Below, in pieces: positions 51,237-56,286 of a stretch of DNA of 56,286 nucleotides. The stretch's first letter is position 1. Every line of letters begins with the position of its first letter. This stretch comes from Burkholderiaceae bacterium (lineage in GTDB: Bacteria; Pseudomonadota; Gammaproteobacteria; Burkholderiales; Burkholderiaceae_C), in NCBI GenBank assembly GCA_030653255.1, contig JAURZS010000019.1:1-56286 (forward strand), written 5' to 3'. The notes beneath the pieces were generated by a model. The model worked only from the letters and a program-made list of their open reading frames with translations, made no database searches and was not told the origin of the DNA. The translations under genes and the position numbers were made by a program.

Positions 51237-51764
51237 TTACTTTCTTCGCCGGTCGGCAGCGACCTCGGTGGCGCGCAGGGTCGGCGCCAGGCCATTGAGC
51301 ACTGCGTTCACATACTTGTGGCCGTCAGTGCCTCCGAACTCCTTGGCCAGCTCGATGCATTCATTGAGTACCACGCGCCAGGGCACGTCCAGGCAGTGGC
51401 TGAATTCATAGGCGCCGATCCACATCACTCCGCGCTCGATCGGCGAGATCTCTTCGAGCTTGCGGTCCAGCAGCGGCACGATCAGGGCATCGAGCTGCGC
51501 GGCCTCGGCAATGCAGCCGTGCAACAGGGCATCGTAGTGGACGGCATCGGCTTTGTTGAAGCCGGCCAGATCGCGGGTGAAGCTGTCAATGGCGCCGGCC
51601 TCGTTGCGTCCTACCATGTGCTGGTACAGCGCCTGCAACGCAAACTCGCGGGCCCGGCTGCGCGGTGTGCGCGCTGGCGCCTTGCGAGCGGCGATCGGTG
51701 GGGCGGCAGGCATTGCGGGCGCATCGGGAGCGCCGGGTGCATCGGGCATATCGGTCGGGCTCAT
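51237..51764 (-). CDS. nusB: transcription antitermination factor NusB
   Basis: [10 protein letters not shown]...[14 protein letters not shown]-like ([25 protein letters not shown]). Has a short Ala/Pro-rich N-terminal extension. Confidence 0.9.
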   Translation of the reverse strand: MSPTDMPDAPGAPDAPAMPAAPPIAARKAPARTPRSRAREFALQALYQHMVGRNEAGAIDSFTRDLAGFNKADAVHYDALLHGCIAEAAQLDALIVPLLDRKLEEISPIERGVMWIGAYEFSHCLDVPWRVVLNECIELAKEFGGTDGHKYVNAVLNGLAPTLRATEVAADRRRK

Positions 51765-52225
51765 GAGAGTTGGTCCAGCAGATTGGCCATCTCGACGGCC
51801 ACCCGCGCGGCGTCGCGCCCTTTGTCGACCTGGCGCGCCTCGGCTTGCTTGATGTTTTCTGTGGTCAGGATGGCGTTGGCAATGGGCAGCTGATAGTCCA
51901 GCGCGATGCGCGTCACGCCCGCGCCGGACTCGTTGGCCACCAGCTCGAAATGGTAGGTCTCGCCGCGGACGATGCAGCCCAGCGCGATCAGCGCGTCGTA
52001 ACGGTCCTTCTCGGCCATGGCCTGCAACGCCAGGGGGACTTCAAGGGCCCCCGGCACCTTCACATGGTCGATGTGTTTTTCCTCCACGCCCAGCGCGGCC
52101 AGTTCGGCCCGGCAGGCCTCGGCCAGTGCATTCGTGATGCTTTCGTTGAAGCGGGCCTGAACGATGCCGATGTACAGTTTCTTGCCATCGAGCCGGTCCG
52201 AGCTTCCTTTTTCTGCGCCAAACAT
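51761..52225 (-). CDS. ribH: 6,7-dimethyl-8-ribityllumazine synthase
   Basis: [10 protein letters not shown]..., [26 protein letters not shown]. Confidence 0.95.
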   Translation of the reverse strand: MFGAEKGSSDRLDGKKLYIGIVQARFNESITNALAEACRAELAALGVEEKHIDHVKVPGALEVPLALQAMAEKDRYDALIALGCIVRGETYHFELVANESGAGVTRIALDYQLPIANAILTTENIKQAEARQVDKGRDAARVAVEMANLLDQLS

Positions 52226-52266
52226 GGTGTTCCTGTGATTGCGTCAAGTCGTGTGGGGCGGGCGCA

Positions 52267-53382
52267 TCAATGCGGGATGTAGCCGGCGATCTCCAGCCCA
52301 TAGCCCGCCATGCTGGGCATGCGCCGCGGATTGCCCATGAGGTTCATCTTGCGCACGCCGCAGTCGCGCAGGATCTGCGCGCCCACGCCGTAGCTGCGCA
52401 GGTCCATGCGGCCGCGCTGCGGCGCATGGCTGGACTGGGCCGTGCCTTCGAACTGGGCCAGCAACTGTTCGGCGCTTTCGCCGCAGTTGAGCAGCACGGC
52501 CACGCCCCGGCCTTGTTGTGCAATGTATTGCAGGCTGCGGTCCAGGCTCCAGGAGTGCATGGAGCGCTGGACTTCCAGGGTGTCGATGACTGACAGGGGC
52601 TCGTGCACGCGCACGGCCACGGTGTCGTCCGCGCCGATCTGGCCCATGACCAGCGCCAGGTGCACGGCCCGGCCCGGCTTGTCGCGGTAGGCACGCACGG
52701 TGAACTCGCCGAAGGCCGTCATCATCTGGCGCCTGCCCACGGGCTCCAGCAGCGATTCATTGCGGCTGCGGTGCTCGATCAGCGAGGCGATGGTGCCGAT
52801 CTTCAGGCCGTGCTCGGCGGCGAACAATTGCAGATCGGGCAGCCGCGCCATGGTGCCGTCGTCCTTCATGATCTCGCAGATCACGGCGGCGGGCGAGCAA
52901 CCGGCCATGGCCGCCAGATCGCAGCCGGCCTCGGTGTGGCCGGCGCGCATCAGCACGCCGCCGTCGACCGCCTGCAGCGGAAAGACATGTCCGGGCTGGA
53001 CGAGGTCGTCGGCCTGCGCCTGGGGCGCGACGGCCGCCTGGATGGTGCGCGCACGGTCGGCGGCCGAAATGCCGGTGGTCACGCCTTCGGCGGCCTCGAT
53101 CGACACGGTGAAGGCGGTTGAATGCTTGGTGCCGTTGCGCAGCGCCATCGGCGGCAACTGCAGCCGCTCGCAGCGCTCGCGCGTGAGCGTGAGGCAGATC
53201 AGGCCACGGCCGAACCGGGCCATGAAATTGATGGCCTCGGGCGATACATGGTCTGCCGCCAGGATCAGGTCGCCTTCGTTTTCGCGGTCTTCCTCGTCCA
53301 CCAGGATCACCATGCGGCCGGCGCGCATGTCGGCCACGATGTCTTCGATCGGCGAGATGGGGATGGGGGGGAGGGAACTCAT
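52267..53382 (-). CDS. ribBA: bifunctional 3,4-dihydroxy-2-butanone-4-phosphate synthase / GTP cyclohydrolase II-like
   Basis: [23 protein letters not shown], plus a C-terminal GCH-II-like domain. 371 aa. Confidence 0.92.
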   Translation of the reverse strand: MSSLPPIPISPIEDIVADMRAGRMVILVDEEDRENEGDLILAADHVSPEAINFMARFGRGLICLTLTRERCERLQLPPMALRNGTKHSTAFTVSIEAAEGVTTGISAADRARTIQAAVAPQAQADDLVQPGHVFPLQAVDGGVLMRAGHTEAGCDLAAMAGCSPAAVICEIMKDDGTMARLPDLQLFAAEHGLKIGTIASLIEHRSRNESLLEPVGRRQMMTAFGEFTVRAYRDKPGRAVHLALVMGQIGADDTVAVRVHEPLSVIDTLEVQRSMHSWSLDRSLQYIAQQGRGVAVLLNCGESAEQLLAQFEGTAQSSHAPQRGRMDLRSYGVGAQILRDCGVRKMNLMGNPRRMPSMAGYGLEIAGYIPH

Positions 53383-53418
53383 GGAAGGGGACTTTCGGGA
53401 AATTCAGCGAGGCTCGGC

Positions 53419-54864
53419 TCAACTCTGGATTATCGCCGGGTTCCGCTGGGGGCCTGCGAGTGCGGATGTTGCGTTGTTCTGCTCTTGCCACGCGGCAAAT
53501 TCCAAAGGCCTGATGCCGAAGCGCACGGCATTCCCCGTATGCAGTGCTTTGAACTCAACAAGCGCCAGTTCGATGAAATGTTCCATATCCGCCGGCGCTA
53601 CTGTTGCCGGCGCTCTGGCGCCGACTGCGGCGGCTGTAGCGGCCTCTCCATTGCGAACGACAGCCGCGACAACTTCGCTCAGGGCCTGGCGGTAGCGTAG
53701 CCGGAAAATATCCGGCGGCACAAGGTTCTGCTTCACTGCAACGTACTGCTGACAGGAGCGTTCGTAGGCCCAGACGAATACATCGCGCAATAGCTCGATG
53801 CGGTTCAACTCATACACGCTGATCATGGCATCCACATAGGCCTGCTGAGGCACGTCGATAAATGACAGTGGACACAAGTTGTGGCGAATGAACGGAATAT
53901 TGGCTGCCAGCCGCGATACCCGCTTGTTCACATCTTCGAAAGGTTGCAGATAGGGCAAGTGGACCATCAAGAAGAATGCTTGCTCGAACGGGTCGAGAAT
54001 TCCCGCAGACATCTGGATGACGATGCCAAAAAGTTCTTCAAGCCGCTGGGGCAAAGCCACGGGCAGATAGACGCTGCCCGCGATCTCAACAGCGCGACTG
54101 CGAATACGGCCACAGGCAGTCGGGTCAGCCATCAAGCCGTCAGACAGAAAGGCGTGCAGTGCAATGATCGTGTCCTTGGTCAGCCTTGCATGTTCAGGAT
54201 CGCGCACCAGATATTCGATGGCATCCTTGTGGTTCAGGATCATCTGCGTTTCCAGCGCATCCTTGCCTTCTGCTGCTTGACCGAATTCGATCAGACGCTG
54301 CGTATCAAGACGGCTGTAGGTGTTGCCCTCCAGTTGGGAGGAGGCCCATGAAAGATCAATCAGCAGGCGATTCAGAATGTCGCTGGCAAAGGTGCCGGCC
54401 GGTGTCTGATCGGCGGGCGACCGCCCCAGTGCGAGCATCTGGTCGCGCAGGTTTTGCGGCAGGTAGGAAGTCTGGTTGGGCTGATATTGTTCGAGAAATT
54501 CCAGCTTGTAGCCGACGGGTGCACGCAATTGGCGAGGCTGGCGTACGTAGGCTTTGATTTCTTCACCAGCCGGCGAAGTGGGCACGTAAACCTCGGCAGT
54601 TGCCTGCACGGCATTTGCGCCACCATGAACAGAAGCAAGCGCTTCGACAGTCTGCCGGGAACGGTGATAGCGCAGCGCACGGCTTCCCCCGCTTGACTGA
54701 ATACGGCCTTGTGCGATGAGTGAGGCCAGTCTGCGCTGCAGGGTGCGCCGTGGCATTCTGTGGCCGCAGGCTTGCAGGATCGCATCTATGCCAAGTCCAG
54801 CATGATTTAGAGTGATTAACGCGACGAGTTCGTCAAGTTCTCGCGAAAGTTCTATTTTTGGCAC
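53419..54864 (-). CDS. Fic-domain protein with N-terminal wHTH-like region and a degenerate active-site motif
   Basis: GTG start preceded by GAGGGA. Contains the SSQLEG ([ST]xxxE[GN] inhibitory-helix-type motif) and a Fic core region in which the HxFx(D/E)GNGRxxR position reads [12 protein letters not shown]. By eye it is markedly more AT-rich than its flanks. Confidence 0.75.
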   Translation of the reverse strand: MPKIELSRELDELVALITLNHAGLGIDAILQACGHRMPRRTLQRRLASLIAQGRIQSSGGSRALRYHRSRQTVEALASVHGGANAVQATAEVYVPTSPAGEEIKAYVRQPRQLRAPVGYKLEFLEQYQPNQTSYLPQNLRDQMLALGRSPADQTPAGTFASDILNRLLIDLSWASSQLEGNTYSRLDTQRLIEFGQAAEGKDALETQMILNHKDAIEYLVRDPEHARLTKDTIIALHAFLSDGLMADPTACGRIRSRAVEIAGSVYLPVALPQRLEELFGIVIQMSAGILDPFEQAFFLMVHLPYLQPFEDVNKRVSRLAANIPFIRHNLCPLSFIDVPQQAYVDAMISVYELNRIELLRDVFVWAYERSCQQYVAVKQNLVPPDIFRLRYRQALSEVVAAVVRNGEAATAAAVGARAPATVAPADMEHFIELALVEFKALHTGNAVRFGIRPLEFAAWQEQNNATSALAGPQRNPAIIQS

Positions 54865-54897
54865 TTTTCCCTCGCTCAGTGCGGTTGGCTACGATAT

Positions 54898-54956
54898 CGC
54901 GCCAAATAAGTGGCGCGTAATTAGATTTGCGCCATATATTCTAAGATAAATGGCGC
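54898..54956. repeat. four TGGCGC/GCGCCA motif copies forming two inverted-repeat pairs (operator-like)
   Basis: CGCGCCA-N6-TGGCGCG (54898-54917) and GCGCCAT-N14-ATGGCGC (54929-54956). The second pair brackets the -10 element. Confidence 0.6.
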
Positions 54957-54966
54957 GAAATGTAAA
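54938..54966 (-). promoter_or_regulatory. near-consensus sigma-70 promoter of the Fic gene
   Basis: The minus strand reads TTTACA-17 nt-TAGAAT (plus-strand TGTAAA 54961-54966 and ATTCTA 54938-54943), about 75 nt upstream of the GTG. Confidence 0.65.
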
Positions 54967-55033
54967 TTCGTGCCATTCCAGTCGCAGGGATGCCGAAATG
55001 AAGAGGCCATCGTGCTTTATCAGCGCCTGACCA

Positions 55034-55660
55034 TCAGCCGACGCTCCGATAGCTCAGCATCCTCTCGCAATACCGCGCGATCAGATCGATTTCGAGATTC
55101 ACCTTGTGGCCGGCCGCCAGGGTTCCCAGGGCCGTGTTCTGCACGGTATGGGGGATCAGGTTGATGCTGACTTCGGTGCCCTGGGTTGAATCCTCGATGC
55201 GGTTCACGGTCAGGCTCACGCCATTGACAGTGATGGAGCCCTTGTAGGCCAGGAAGCGGCCCAGCGAGGGCGGGGCGATGATGCGCAGCTCCCAGCTCTC
55301 GCCGACCCGCGCGAAGCGGGTGACGGTGCCGATGCCGTCCACATGGCCCGACACGATGTGACCGTCCAGCCGCTCGTGCGCGCGCAGGGCTTTTTCAAGG
55401 TTGATGGAACCCGCCGCAGCAAGGCCTGCGGTCTTGTCCAGCGATTCGGCCGAGATGTCCACATCGAAGCGGTTCGCCGCGGCGTCGAAGGTGGTGACGG
55501 TCATGCAGGCGCCGTTCAGCGCGATGCTGTCGCCGCAGCCGACGTCGTCGAGGTAGCCAGGGGGTGTTTGTATCGAGAGGCGCTTGCCGTGTTGGGCGGA
55601 ACTTCCGAGGTCGCGCACGGCGACGATGCGCCCCACGCCGGTGATGATGCCTGTGAACAT
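55034..55660 (-). CDS. ribE: riboflavin synthase alpha chain
   Basis: MFTGIITGVGRIVAV...GDSIALNGACMTV...GSITVNGVSLTV duplicated lumazine-binding repeats. Confidence 0.95.
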   Translation of the reverse strand: MFTGIITGVGRIVAVRDLGSSAQHGKRLSIQTPPGYLDDVGCGDSIALNGACMTVTTFDAAANRFDVDISAESLDKTAGLAAAGSINLEKALRAHERLDGHIVSGHVDGIGTVTRFARVGESWELRIIAPPSLGRFLAYKGSITVNGVSLTVNRIEDSTQGTEVSINLIPHTVQNTALGTLAAGHKVNLEIDLIARYCERMLSYRSVG

Positions 55661-55680
55661 CGCTCGATTGTCTCAGCAAG

Positions 55681-56286
55681 TCAATGCGGCGTGCCTGCCT
55701 GGGTGAACTCGTCGCGGCCGGGAATGCGCGCGAGCAGCCGCAGATCGGCGCCGATGTGGTCCACAGAGCGGAAGGTCAGCGCCACGCCGTCGTGCAAATG
55801 GGTCAGGGGGCCGAAGCTGGCCATGCCCAGGCCGGGGCCCAGCAGGCGCGGAGCAATATAGATCAGGAATTCGTCGACCAGGCCCTCACGGATGAAGGAC
55901 CCGTTGAGCTTGTGGCCGGCCTCCAGGTGCAACTCATTGATCTGGCGCCTTCCCAGGTCGCGCAGCATGGCGGCCAGGTCGACCTTGCCGTGGGCCGCGG
56001 GCATGGCAACGATGTCGGCGCCGCGATCGTGCAGACGCTGGCGCCGCTGCTCGTCCGGCACGCCGGAATAGATCAGCAAGCGGCGGTCAGGCTCGAACAG
56101 GCGCGCACCGGGCGGCGTGTCCAGCAGGCTGTCCACCACCACCAGCGCAGGCTGGCGCACGGTGTCCACCAGGCGCACGTCCAGCCGCGGATCGTCTTCC
56201 AGCACCGTGCCTACGCCGGTGAGCACGGCGCATGCGCGCGCGCGCCAGGCGTGGCCGTCAGCACGTGCGGCCTCGCCCGTGATCCA
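55681..56286 (-). CDS. ribD: riboflavin biosynthesis protein RibD, C-terminal reductase domain (5' end off-window)
   Basis: The open frame continues to the window edge. The C-terminal region ...INELHLEAGHKLNGSFIREGLVDEFLIYIAPRLLG is typical of the RibD reductase domain. Confidence 0.88.
   Translation of the reverse strand, partial: WITGEAARADGHAWRARACAVLTGVGTVLEDDPRLDVRLVDTVRQPALVVVDSLLDTPPGARLFEPDRRLLIYSGVPDEQRRQRLHDRGADIVAMPAAHGKVDLAAMLRDLGRRQINELHLEAGHKLNGSFIREGLVDEFLIYIAPRLLGPGLGMASFGPLTHLHDGVALTFRSVDHIGADLRLLARIPGRDEFTQAGTPH

Noticed and set aside
53383-53418. Looked for an FMN riboswitch upstream of ribBA and in the ribE-Fic spacer (54865-55033).
   Set aside because: The ribBA leader is only 36 nt, and neither region shows the conserved FMN-element core sequences I know. 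Any riboswitch for this operon must lie upstream of ribD, outside the window.
54857-54871. TGGCAC motif at the Fic gene start, resembling a sigma-54 -24 box.
   Set aside because: There is no GC dinucleotide at the -12 spacing. It lies on the non-coding orientation and overlaps the GTG start, so it is coincidental.

Overview
This is a high-GC betaproteobacterial chromosomal segment; gene content and protein sequences look Comamonadaceae-like. It is almost entirely conserved core genes.

Gene order, left to right:
- a PrpD/MmgE-family gene carrying an in-frame TAG, then quinone oxidoreductase and an RsuA-type pseudouridine synthase
- an orphan small ORF plus a SAM methyltransferase
- a secreted beta-propeller plus a polysaccharide deacetylase, then a fatty-acid hydroxylase-family protein, an EI24-like membrane protein and a CinA-like protein
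- the nitrogen module glnA-DUF4124-ntrB-ntrC with a clear sigma-54 promoter, then xthA and a DUF4337 gene
- a large microaerobic block with four near-consensus FNR boxes: two USP genes, ccoI-ccoS, ccoNOQ, ccoP (split by an in-frame TAG), ccoG, a short FixH-like gene, a PAS/HisKA_3 kinase with a NarL-type regulator, and hemN
- an apparently intact 1301-bp IS3-family element with a 3-bp target duplication, which has split the membrane-protein gene just after hemN
- folA-thyA, an FAD oxidase, DUF2069, yihY, and a yqjD/yqjE/yqjK-like stress operon
- a lipoprotein, a receiver-only regulator overlapping fnr, a CBS protein, phaZ, GST, a cupin, aroC and an aldo-keto reductase
- pcaB-pcaD-aroQ, arfB, dnaE, tolQRA, and nusB-ribH-ribBA-[Fic]-ribE-ribD

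I found no tRNA, rRNA, CRISPR array, prophage or recognisable multi-gene defence system.

The most unusual locus is a visibly AT-richer single-gene insertion inside the riboflavin operon. It encodes a wHTH-Fic protein whose catalytic motif is degenerate ([12 protein letters not shown]). It is preceded by a near-consensus sigma-70 promoter overlaid with four copies of a TGGCGC motif.

I cannot show that any truly novel multi-gene system is present. Everything else is ordinary or only mildly unusual.
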